NCBI GenBank assembly: GCA_043228905.1
Contig: JBHGNT010000003.1
Coordinates: 20,212,001-20,276,000, forward strand
Length of the DNA stretch: 64,000 nucleotides
From: Azolla caroliniana
Taxonomy: Eukaryota > Plantae > Polypodiophyta
Direction of reading: 5' to 3'
A program made the translations under genes and the position numbers. Under the pieces are notes generated by a model. It saw only the letters and a program-made list of their open reading frames with translations, was not told where the DNA came from and did no database searches. Of the stretch, positions 23,241-35,772 are shown piece by piece (the stretch's first letter is position 1; each line of letters opens with the position of its first letter).

Positions 23241-25818
23241 CTTTATGGAAACAAGGTGCTTGTGTAAGTCAACCTTCTTGTAAAAACAAGGCCTTCATTT
23301 GGAAACATGAGTGAATTTAGTTAGACTATCTAGTTAGTACAATAAATAGCAGTCGTCTTCTACAAGTGGCGCATCAAGTTTATGTGTGGTCTTTCGTGTG
23401 CTTTTTTTTCGCTTGAAAAAGCAAACCGTGTTTGAGAGGATGTAGGTGATGAAGGGCGATGAAAGATGTAGAAGAGTGGTGAACGATGCCATACGAGAAA
23501 CAAAGAAGAAGGCTATGGCGCTATGGAGTAGGAGAGTATGAAGAGGTAAAAAAGCAAAAAGCAAAAAGCAAAAAACACAAGAAGGAAAGAGGATGGGTAA
23601 ACACTCATTAGTGAAGATTCAGTGCGAGGAGATCAAAACTAGAAAATGTGAATATAAAGGACACAAAAATATAAATATTTGCTTATCATTCCCATTAAGA
23701 AACATCTTCAAACATTAGAACATAATAATAATAACTTTGCCAAAGGTTTGCCAACTCAATGTAACGTATACCTAGTTGGAATGTATAGGAAGCAATAACT
23801 TTGCCTCATTATCTTCTAAGATTGTGCATCCTTTATGATCGATCATCTTGAATGGGAATTGTTGGCAATGTTGCAACTTGCAACTATTGTACTCGTCACA
23901 GTGAAGGGGTTGTGTGCATCATCAACAAAATGATGCATTGAATTACCTGTGGCCCATTACTGGCAAAATATGCTTTTCCAACATCTATAAGTAGAAGCTC
24001 TATTACATCCACAACTGATTTGATGGTTCTCATTCCATATGTACACAATTACTAAAAAGGAGGAACGATTTCGATCCAATGTCACCTCCAATGATTGGTT
24101 GGCATGCAAACTCTTGAGTACAAACACTTGAGAACCCTACAAAATCTTAGACACAATTACTTGTTTGTAATTTACCTATTATAGCATGACACACAAAGCA
24201 TATGTAGAACTACAAGGTGAGCTCGATGGTAAAACTAGCATATGAAAACAACCACTTTTCCTCAAAAAGCATTCAAGCCACACTCCCAAACTACCTCCTA
24301 TGAAGTTTGCCTTCTCACACTTTAAAATTTAGCTATTAATGTGATCGCCTTTATCATGAATTGTACTCTGAAGCCTACAAGACTCACTTTAGCCCCATAT
24401 AAAGAATCTAAAAGCTTAAGTACATATAAAATTTGATGCCCCATATAGTTACTGAAGATCTATTTTGAAACCAATACCTTTTCTCACAATATTAGAAAGA
24501 TAGATACTAAATTGTAAGTATGCCCTTTGTTAACGGCAATTGCATGTCCACTACTACCTCCTAGAGATCACGAAACATACATTTAAGCTTGAGAAGTTGA
24601 TTGGTAGAAGATGGCATGCATCCTCACCCATGTACTCTTATCATTTGAATTGCCCTAAAGAAAGTCGTGAAGCTCTCTTAAAGTGGTTAGAATTGTGGGA
24701 TCCAAGGCATCAAACTCCTTTTGTCCCAAGAATCACCTATCCACCCTGCTCACTCAATGTCACCAACATTTTATACATCATAGTCACAAAATAAACCTCA
24801 TCCTTGAACATTTTCCCCTACAAAACATCTACGCTCTATGACAGATTAATTTGTGCCTTGAAGCTTGAACTCACCCATCTTCAATAGAACAAGCTAGAAT
24901 TAATTGCAACATCAATAGATATACATTGGGCAAAATATACTAGTAATCATAGCTAACTAGCATTTTGGAGATCACAATACTAGGAAGCTTCTATCTATCC
25001 TTCTCTCGTAGATGTTCTGCAGATATAAAATACATAATATACCAATGTCAAAAACATTGAAGACTAACCATACCTGCTACTAATATGCTTCCACTCTGGT
25101 TATTTATACAAGATGCGGAGGAGCAAATAAAATGTTCATTTACAATTTTCTTCAATTTAATTAACCTAATATCTTCTTACTTACAGATATACATATCTTT
25201 CCCCCTTACTATTCACATTCTTGTTGGTGCAACAAGATTTGTTGGCCAACTAAAATCTCCAGACATACCATCCAGCTTGCATATCGTTGTTTCAATGCTT
25301 GCCAAGCTGGGATATCTCTAGCCTAGATCCATGTTTCTTGAGGTTGGTAACAGACCCATAAATAGCACTATCCATACATATATTAAACAAAAAGTGGTTT
25401 CGACACATTAGAGGATGACAGAACTAATATACACCATCAAACACTCATTGAAAGTTGTTGGAGAGTTTAAGAGCCAGAAACTACACACGATTAAGATTAA
25501 AAGGTTTGTATCATGTATCACACCAACAAATAAAATGATTTGAGCTTGTGTACTGATTTTCAGTTGTAGGGACTCAAATTTTGAATCCTCATTGGTACAA
25601 GACTGTCTACAAATTAAAACTTTCCATAAGAGGCAATGGGCAACAAAAGTAAATGAAATTGGCCTAATTAGGGATGGGTCAGGTATTCTTTTCTGATCTC
25701 AAATCTCAATACCAAGTGGCTGACCACCTCCCAACAAACCATGAGAAAATGGCCAATATTCCCACAAGTTATATGCAGATTAGCACCGCTAAAAAGAAAT
25801 ATATATAAGACATGATTA

Positions 25819-28800
25819 TCACCAGTCCTCAGACATTCTTTGCCTCACTCTCCTTCCTGAGCCATCTCCACCATCAGATAGGTTTGCCCATGTACTCTTA
25901 CTAGCTTCCTCTTCCACACCCGCCACAGTACGAAGAATTTCTGATTGCAAACATGCAAAGTTCTCTCGAAGGTACTCAAAGCCATCAGAAAGAATAACCG
26001 CTGCACATTAAAACAAGTGCTTTGATGCAAAAATAGATAGCTAAAGAAATCAATCCACAAAAAGTAATTGATTGGCATCCAAATAAGTCGCAGATCAATC
26101 ATACCTGCTAGATTAGAAGCAGCGAATTTGAGACACACTGTTTTCAATTGTGTAGCATTATGCTGTTCAGCAAGAGCAAGGGTAGTTGCAACATTTTCAA
26201 CGTTGACTTCTTTGCAAAGCCTAGCCTCACACAGGTACCTTAGTCTATCTAAACCAAATCGATCTGCAGCAGCAAGCAAATGTTGTGCCATTATAGTGTC
26301 CACTTTGCAGCTAGAAGGCGAGGAACCAGAAGCCACTTCTACTGTATCTGGAAGACAGTCTCGGTAGATAAAGTGAAGCAGAGCCTGAAAGATATAAACA
26401 TAAGTTTCCTATGAGTCATATATAAATGGAATTATACATAGAAGATGTTAATGAAAAACCAATAGAATAATGATCTTTGCAATAAGCTGTAACACCAAAC
26501 ACCATTGAAAAATTGACATGCTAATCTTACTTGGAACATTGTACAAAAGTAGATAAATAAACATGAACAAACATAAGGCCAGTGGCTTCCCAAAATCTCA
26601 AAAAACTTATTTGGACTAAGCTATTTACCACATTTGAATAGTTCCTTGGGAACCCCTGTACCCGCAGTATATTCAGTGTTAAACCATAGGAAGTGCCCAA
26701 TTCTCAGTGACTTCAGTGGGTACGTGCTCAGGAAATTTATTTATCCAGCTATTTTCATCCCATTTCCTAGTGTAATTTTATTTTTCCAGGATTTAAAAAG
26801 ATACTAACATAAGACATCAGTGCAATATTTCATAATGCTTTCATTAAATTAAAACTAGGGAAATTGCTGTGGCAATTATAGGGAAGGAGATGGCTAATGC
26901 AAATATAGAGAGAGAGAGAGAGAGAGAAATAATTTTATATTAATGTCTTTTTAAGAGGCCAAAATGGCTTATAAGACCAAACAAAAGAGTACTTTTTTAA
27001 ATGTTTTGTCATATTTGAGTATGACAAACCAAAATAAATATAAACTTAACATAGGGTACAAAAGAATCTAGATATCTAAAAACATAAGATTCTGATGTTA
27101 GATAGACTGAAACTTCTGCCCTTCAAAAATCTCACGATATGGGCTGCCCCAAGATGCAAAAATCTTGGAAGCAAGGAAGCACCTTCAATGCAGGGTGACA
27201 ACAGCCTTTATTTGTTGATGACAACGGTGACAAGGCTCTGGTCCAAATGGCCATGGCCTACCAGCACAGCACATTGCTATTGCCTAATCTTTTTAACCCC
27301 TTTCAAGGGCCTTGGTCAAGAGCCATTCGTTGACTTGTAGCATGAGAGAAAGTGATGGAGCTAATGAAAGTCATAATCATTCTCTGTTCATGAGTTGGGG
27401 TTTTATTGTTGTCATTCAATAACTTCTCTCTCTGTCTCTTGACTTCTAGATAGAACAATCCTAAGCAATGTTGGCCTTCATATTCCATTACATTACATAC
27501 TGGGCCAAAGCCTTGTTGAAAGAGGCAGTGATATCTCCCTCTTATTTAATGAAAAATAGGATAATGATAGACATAGTGTTCTCCCAATTCAAACCCCTAA
27601 TGGCACAATTGATAGATCATTCTTCCATTGATAGTCTACCTATCTTAACTTATAACTGATGTGAATAGGTCCTGGGCACTGCAGAGCTCGTGATATAGAT
27701 GTATCCCCATATAAGAAGGCATGATAATAATTCCATTAATTGGGCCTTATTGCGGGCCATCATCCTACCAAGAGATGTTGTGGAGCCATCTACCTATCTT
27801 AATTTCTAATTGATGTGAAGAGGTCCTTAGCTACCCTACCACATTGCAGAGCTTATGGGATGTGTATTCATATAAGAAGGAACGATAATAAATCCATCAT
27901 GCAACATGTGTTAAAAGTTTGCTTTATAGTGGGTCATAATCCAATTTAATGATATCAAATTGGACCACTGTATTCTTTTCCGCTTCAATCATGTTAAAGT
28001 GTGGACAATCAAGCAATATTGGAATGGAGGTAGGGAGTTTAGGCTCATGTCATTCAACTAGTAGCATTCTTGCATTTCAGCAAATCAATGAAGATTATCT
28101 CCATGTTCAGCAAGCTGTTTTGACAACATAAGTACACGTTTTCAGTTCGTTTGCTTAGGGAGCTCCCAAACACACTGGATACCAGTAATTAATTGAAATA
28201 ATGCCTCAATCACTATTGGGGCTGCATCTATCTCTGTGCAGATTATACCACGGAACATCAATGCGTTGCTCCTTATAAAGTGGGTAATCTTCACGAGTAA
28301 AGGTCTCTCCGTATCTGTCCAATTACGTGCCATCTGAAGGGTAGGTTCCCAACTTCTACTTCGGGGGTAAGTGTTGATGTTACAATTGTATCAATCAACA
28401 ACAATCTAGTTCATGGTACTTCGAAGTAGATATGTGCATATTGTCTTTCAAGGGCACCTAGGGTTGCATATCCACCTCAAAGTCCAGTATAGACACCAAA
28501 GAGAACCGAACACCCAGTGATTGTTACTGCTACATCATGTATACGCCATCTTTTCCTCTCCCAAGAAGAATTTTGGTTCTGGTATCATTACCCATGCTTG
28601 AGTGGTGTTAAACACCATCACTCTAGATTTATCAAGGTTGTCCAATAAATATTTATCAATACAAAATGACTTTAAAGCATTTAAATGTCTTGGTAGTTCC
28701 TCCACAGAGTCTGAGATCGAGACAATGCCATCGGCATATAGTAGTATCGGTATGACTACCGATGCTACACATGCTCCTGTAAGACCCAATCTCCTTATTT

Positions 28801-31545
28801 AATTAGATATCTCAACTATATCAAGGCACATAGTGTGAGGTATAAGGGACATGTTCATAACCTATAACATTGAGACATAAGTGTAGGAAATACACATTAA
28901 CTAATTAGGAAACATAGCTTCAATTTCGTTTCCAGTCACCAAAAAAACGAAATTTATTTTTCTAAATTTTTTAGCTTTTTCTATGTTTTAAATAGTGTTT
29001 GATATGGTTATCCTACATCTTTGCTATCCACAACTTCACATCACTAAATATTGTTATTTACCCACCATTTTCAAACATATGCCCAAGCAACCCACCTCAT
29101 CTTCTTGTTTTGCTTTTTCCTCAAATACTGCCCACAGCTACATCCTAAGTTATTTGTTATTTGTACAAGAGAACTGTAGGTTTCTGTTTTTGTAACAGTT
29201 TGCTTCAAGTATGGACATAAGTTGCAAAAGAGGAGCTTGAATCAGACATGTAAGCATTTAGGGGGATTTCATGAAGCATCAAGAAATTTGAGAGAAAACA
29301 CAAACTATGGAGCTTCCTAGTTGGCATAGTTTAGACATGTCAGGTTTTTTAACGGTTGTAGGTTTCAAAAAAGGATGTAGCTAAATTGCGAGATTGCTTT
29401 TCCAAAAAAGGAGTAATAAAATCATAAAACACGTAAAACTTGGAAACTTGCTTATCCTTCACAACTAGGCCCTAGCCTGATTTCTTGAATTATTTATAAT
29501 AGAAATTTATAATGGAGAATATTCCGAAATTATCCATAAAGACTGATCAAAAAAAAAATTCAAACAAATATTGACCTAAATTTCTAAGTTATATAATGCA
29601 TCTTCATGATTGATTTATCAGCATGTTAATCTTAATTTCTATTCACTATGTTACACATATTATGGCCTCCATATTCTGAAATACTACCAAAAGCACGACT
29701 TCACTTCAACACAGAAAGAGAAAGAGGAAAACACCTTAAAGACTGGGGGTTCAATGTCTGACATATCTATCAAGTCTTTGTTATGATCAGCTAGAGGCCC
29801 AAATAGCTGTGCCTTAAAGACTGGTGATCGAGTTGCAAGAACAAGTTTGTGGGCATGAAATGACTCTCTGCCAACATTGAATATGATATCTGTATTCTCT
29901 CCTTCATCTAAAATAGCACCAAACTGCTCCCCAATGTTTGAGTCTGGTACAGGGATCGAATACAACCGTGGACCTTGAGTAGAGGACACAACCACACCAA
30001 CAGTGCAACTGATTGAAAGGCTATCATTCTTTAGATAATCTGATGTCTCTAGTCCTGCACGTCTAAAGAAACGCTTGTAGCCCCTGGAAATAAATAAAAC
30101 TTCTTCAACCAGTCTATAATTTTTCAAGAACTCCTTTCAATTTCACATAACTGGGATATCTGAAACCAGAAAATATCTTTGAAGTAGTGTTTTTGGAAAT
30201 AAATCTAGGGTGAGAAGGAGAATCCTCTTTGTCAAAATATCTACATCACAGTTTCCATAGGCTGGTAAAACTTCAAGGCTTTCATTAACAATATGTTTCC
30301 TTATTGATATTCAGTTTCTAATATTTCTACACATCTTCTTGCAGAAATATTTTCTAATCTAACTATATTTTCTTACAACAAGATGATGTCTGATACATAA
30401 CATCAACAAAACATATTTTCTACTTTAAGAATCATACTGCAAGGATAAACGGCATGCATCATGTATGCAAATCTTCTTGCACACACCATCTAATATCGAT
30501 ATGCAAGTCTACCATATATGTACTACAAATAAACAATCCATGTCAACATTCTCTATGAGTGGGCTGAGTTTCATTTCATGTGTGAAATATATATGAAATT
30601 ATGATTAAATACAAGACATTATAGCAATTTAGTATTTTTTGTTCCCTAAATAAATAAAAACATCACAGACAGTGTTTGGGAAATCTTTCTTTAGGAGTGG
30701 GCTGAGTTTCATTGCAAGCAGGAAATAAATATGAAATCATGATCAAATGCAAGAAATTTATAGCAATTTAGTAGTTTTTGTTCCTTACATAAATAAATAC
30801 TTCCAATGGGCAAGTTCAAATTGCAACCGTCATTTGAGTGAGTGAGTTACGATACATCACAAACAAAATTCCAGAAACTTTTTCTTTACTAATCAGCTGA
30901 GCTCCATTTTCATGGTGAAATAATAGGAAATTGTAATAGAATATTGCAGAATCATAGGATTTTGGTAGAAAAACTGACAAAGAATGAACTTGAAATGGCA
31001 AAGGTAAAAATCAATCGAAGGAATAATGCTCAATGGCCAAAAGGCAAATGCATATATTATGATGAATATATTTCTTACTTTACTTACCACATACTGCCTC
31101 TATACTTCAAGGTGTAAGGTCCGCTCTCAAGTGCTCGATCAAAATGACTATGGACTTTGTGCTTCCCTTTTCCACTCTGATCAAGAAGAGTCAACTCGAA
31201 TAAAGCTCGAACATCCGTGCCTTCACTAGCGAGGGCAATGAATACCGATACATAGAGTGACTGATCTTCTTGATTCTTTCCATCAGGGTAGAAGTAAATA
31301 GCCCATTGGAATCCTCCTACTGAGAATGTATCGCTCGCAATGTATTTTCCAATTCCCATACCTTTGGCAAGTGAGTACCCATGGATCGTGAAGTGATGAG
31401 AGCCATTGATTGTCTCAGTTACAGATCGAGACCGCGTCTGAGCAGTTGATGTTGTTGTTCCTGATGGTAATTGTGATGGTAATGATGACGGTAATGATGT
31501 CATTACCCCATTCTCTGTGTTTGCTTCGGGATCAAGTAAATCCAT
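25819..31545 (-). CDS. BPM: BTB/POZ and MATH domain protein (CUL3 substrate adaptor), 4 coding exons, 422 aa
   Basis: Exons 31088-31545, 29735-30083, 26105-26384 and 25819-26000, all GT-AG and in frame (1269 nt). MATH domain [32 protein letters not shown]...GSMW|[11 protein letters not shown] domain [21 protein letters not shown]...ALLHFIYRD. Also [13 protein letters not shown] and a C-terminal GRRVRQR. Confidence 0.95.
28100..28800 (-). mobile_element. Degenerate LINE RT fragment inside BPM intron 2
   Basis: ORF 28535-28789 [29 protein letters not shown]...[11 protein letters not shown] matches the YADD region of non-LTR RT. Boundaries are approximate. Confidence 0.7.
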
Positions 31546-32551
31546 GAGGTTTTCTTTTCTTATTTGAGTTTTTTTCAGCAAATATTGGAAGAGGACACCC
31601 TAGAATCCTTGAGAGAGTGTACGTTCTTGAGCTTATGTGCACAACGATCAGAGAAACCCTTGACTGAGCACATTTTACTGGTAATATGCAACAACGAAAA
31701 CCTATAAATACTTTATTTAGATCATATCCGCAGCACTATGCAAAGAAAATAACCTAGAAATCCTTCAGAGAGCGCATTTTATCCGGATTATGTTAGAGAT
31801 CCTCAACAGGGAGCATATCCAAACACGAACGTAGGCAAAATCCCTAGAAATCCTTAAACACTGTCCCCATCGGATGGAAATTAGAGCGGGAGAAGAAATG
31901 ACCTCCTACGTTCGCACAGAAACGTGCACAACAAGAAGAAAGGGAAAGAACGGAATCCAGGAGAAGGAGAAACCTGTTATGCTCGCACAGAAACAGGGAA
32001 GAAGAAAGAAACGAGTATCCACTCGCTCGCTGGTCTCTGCCTGTCTCTGCGCTATAACGAAGGAGAAGAAACAAAAATAAAAAAAACGGGAAAAAAAAAA
32101 AGCTTTTTCTTTCTTCTTTCTTTTCTTTTTCTAGCGGGAATTTCTTTCCTGCAGAGGCGATGGAAAGCTTTTTCTTTCTTCTACTTTCTTTTTTCTTTTT
32201 CTTGCGGGATTTCTTTCCTGCAGAGGCGATGGCGGAAGAAGGAGGATGTGTGGCCCAGGCGCTGAATTAGGTTTCTTTTTTTCCTTGCCTGCTGCTCTGC
32301 GTGTCTCTCTCTCTCTCTCTCTCTCTCTGTGTTTTTTCGTTACTTTTCTCGTTTTCTTTCTGTAATGATAATAATCTCTTCTTTTTGTCTTTTCGTAATT
32401 AGGTTTTACCCTAGCGGTAAGTTGATATTGACTCTACTTGTTTTTAGGTCTTGGGTTCGAACCCTTATTTTCTCACCTCTTTATTATTTACTCCATATAT
32501 ATATCTCCTCTTAATTTACTACATGAAAACGTGGAATATAGGGGTTAGAGC

Positions 32552-32615
<64 letters not shown>

Positions 32616-35364
32616 ATCTCTTAATTTATTTATTGTAAGTTGTTTATGCTAGTTAATGGTAAGCTTTTAGACCACTAATCCTACGCCTTCGTTACATATA
32701 CTTTTTCGCACCTCTCCCCTAATTATATTGTACATATAGCTGCTGTTGTGGAATGTATGGGGTTCAATGATTACCTTCTAGTCTCTGTCGAACAACCTTA
32801 CATAATGTGCCTATCGTATGAGGACTTTATGGTGACATAAACCGTCTAAGGCATTGTTGTATGACTAGTTTGCATAAATTCAATTCCTCCCTCTCTTGCA
32901 TGATGAATTGCAACAAGTGGTTGACAAGCTTGTACAATAAGGAATTGAAGAGGTTCTCACTTAGAATGCACTCATTGAGCTTTTGTTATCTGCATATTAA
33001 GTCGACCTTTTAGCAAAAACTTGAGTAGATGCACAAAACTTTTATGAGTCTTATGAGATTGTATTGGATTTTGAGGACCACCAACCAAGACAAAACCATC
33101 ACTGACAACATTAACAATGAACTTTGCTCGACTCCTTCGCCATGTGATCATTTTCCCAAAAATATCCAAACAACGAAAAGTAGGAAACAAGCATAAATTT
33201 TTGTTTTGGCTTTTTGTTGTAACTTTAGACACCCACCAACATGGATTGAGAGATTGCTTTACAATGATTGTGGTTCCCATTGATCGTTGTATTGGCCCAC
33301 AATCAATATTAACATATCATCTCTGCACTCTTCCCCAAGCCCCAATAAACATTGTTGAATATATTAAAACAACATAAAAATACAAAAAAAACCAATGATG
33401 TTCCTACATGGCAATGTAAGCCCTCCAAGGAGTCCATTGTGTTCTTGTATGATTGCTTGACATAAATGGAACTTCTCTCTCTATGTGTGTGTGTGTGTGT
33501 TATTATGCATGATGACTTTGAACAAATGGTTGACAAGCTACAACAAGAAGGCATTGACTAGGTTATCACTTGGAACACACTAGTTTTGCCTTTGATATGT
33601 GTAGACGATGTGGTGCTTTCAACAAGTATTCGAGATGATGTACAAAACATTATTAGTTTATTGTGAAAAGTTTAGTGTTTGTAGGTCCAAAACAATGATT
33701 GCGATGAATTGCAATAAGGACAAGTTGTGTGTTTGAGAACATATGTGACGAAGGAGATGTCAAATGTTTGGTTCTCGTTAATGCTTGTTTAATGCTCTTA
33801 TCATACGAATATATCTCTATAGCATGTGTCAATGCATCTCAAGTCCATTAGAGAATAGTTTGAAAATGTCAAAAAACAATTCCTTTTTGCAGTTTTTTCC
33901 AAGTCAATGTGCATATGTCAATGCACTCACCTACTTTCTCAAGGCCACTTGACTTCCCTTTGAGGTCACGATCATCAAGGAGGTTTGTTTAGTACATAAC
34001 AAAATAATATAAATCGATAATTGCATTGACCTACTATAATTGCATGGGGAGCATGCAAACTAAGTCAGCATACACACAAAGTCAAATATATTGGTTTTCA
34101 ATTATACTATGAAATGGTTTGGAAACATGGTGCATTGCATTTGCTTCGTGGCACCTTGATATGGCACTTAAAAAATAATTTATGGCTAGGAAATACATAG
34201 AGGCTCACATCATTGTCAATATACATTACATACATATGTTGCAAGTAAACCAATTGAGCCCATCCTCTTGTCCACCATAATTGTCATGTAGTTTATCTTG
34301 CATTCTCTTTGATGTGAGACAACCTACTAATGAACATATGAGAATATTGGTTTCCTAAGCCAATTCAAGTGTTCAACTTTCAAGTAAGACGTTGTACAAC
34401 AAATGATCCACCTTTTATTACATTCCAACATGCTTTGCCCACATTTTCAACCTCGACCTATCCATGTATGCAATTTTATCTCAATCGCATGTGCAATCTT
34501 AGTCGCCATGCTCATTAGTAATTTTCACGAGCATCATGGAACACTTAATAAAAAATCCTAAGATGGAGGAGGGATACAAAGAGAGAGTGAGAGGCCAGAT
34601 GCTTTTTAGAACAAGGCAAGATCCTTCTCTAGGAAAGGAGATAGAAAGGTGCAACGACATAAATATATTGTAGTCAACAATTGATGCAAGCATAATGGAG
34701 CATATTATGTTGATTTCTATGTCTACGAGGCATCATTTGCAAGAGCTTGGTCTATTGTATAAGGAAGAGAAAGCATTGTCAAGAGAGAGAATGTCTCAAG
34801 ACTTGGCATTGTATGGATGGTTGCCCATGGTAGACACTCAATTGCTTCTAGGCTTGAGTGATGGGCTATTATTGCACCCTCCTATGATGACACATGGCAT
34901 GTTCTCCACGGATGAGGAAGGTGCATGTGGATGGAATATATATATATAGAGTGCAAACAATACTCTCAAATTCTAAACATATGCGTGGATAAGACTGTAC
35001 GTAGTTGGATCCCATAATTCTTTTCGTCAAACAATGTTACATGGGAGTATCGAAGCCTCCTAGATATGGCACAAAATGGGATGGGGAAAGTTGTATACAT
35101 TGGTATGGCAAAGAGTGCCAATGACTATGCTATTTGTGCATTGTTTTCATGTCCAAGTTAACTTTGCAAAGGGTTATGACGTGCATCACAAAAGAAAGAT
35201 ATTCTCTCTCATTTAGCAAGATACTATCATGCATGTAAACTTAAATCGACTCATATGGCAGAGACAATGCCTTTGAATTCTGGAAGGGGTCAGTCACATG
35301 GGTGTAAGCATCGAGAAAACGTGATCGGGGTTAACAGAACCACGACACGAAAGAGAAACCCTTC

Positions 35365-35640
35365 GACTGACTGACCAATCGACCCATTGTCTGATCGATC
35401 GATCAACCTACCTATGAATTGACCATCCATCCGATCGATCGATCGATCGACTGACCTACAGATCTATTGATCGGTCGACCCTCAGATCAATCAAATGATC
35501 AACCAATCGACCATCTGATCGATGGATCGACCCTCCGATCAATCCATTCATTGACCTACTCATAATCTAATCGATGGACCAACCCTCCGATCAATCCATT
35601 TATTGACCTACCGATCATCTGACCGACTGACCGATTGACC
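35365..35640. repeat. Degenerate GATC/GACC 4-nt-periodic repeat immediately upstream of ERGIC3
   Basis: Runs such as GATCGATCGATCGATCGACTGACC, and a repeated CCCTCCGATCAATCCATT-ATTGACCTAC unit. Confidence 0.7.
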
Positions 35641-35772
35641 AACACCCCCAATCCCAATCCAAAGTATCATCCGATCTGTTTGTTTTTCTCTGTCTGCCTC
35701 TTTCAACAAGCAAAGAGAAAAAGGCCGGAGGAGAAGGTAGAGAAGCAGACGCAGGAGCAGGAGACGACGAAA

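Noticed and set aside
25845-26336. ORF-track C-terminus of BPM (…[10 protein letters not shown]…)
   Set aside because: This is intron read-through. The spliced frame uses intron 26001-26104 and ends at 25819.
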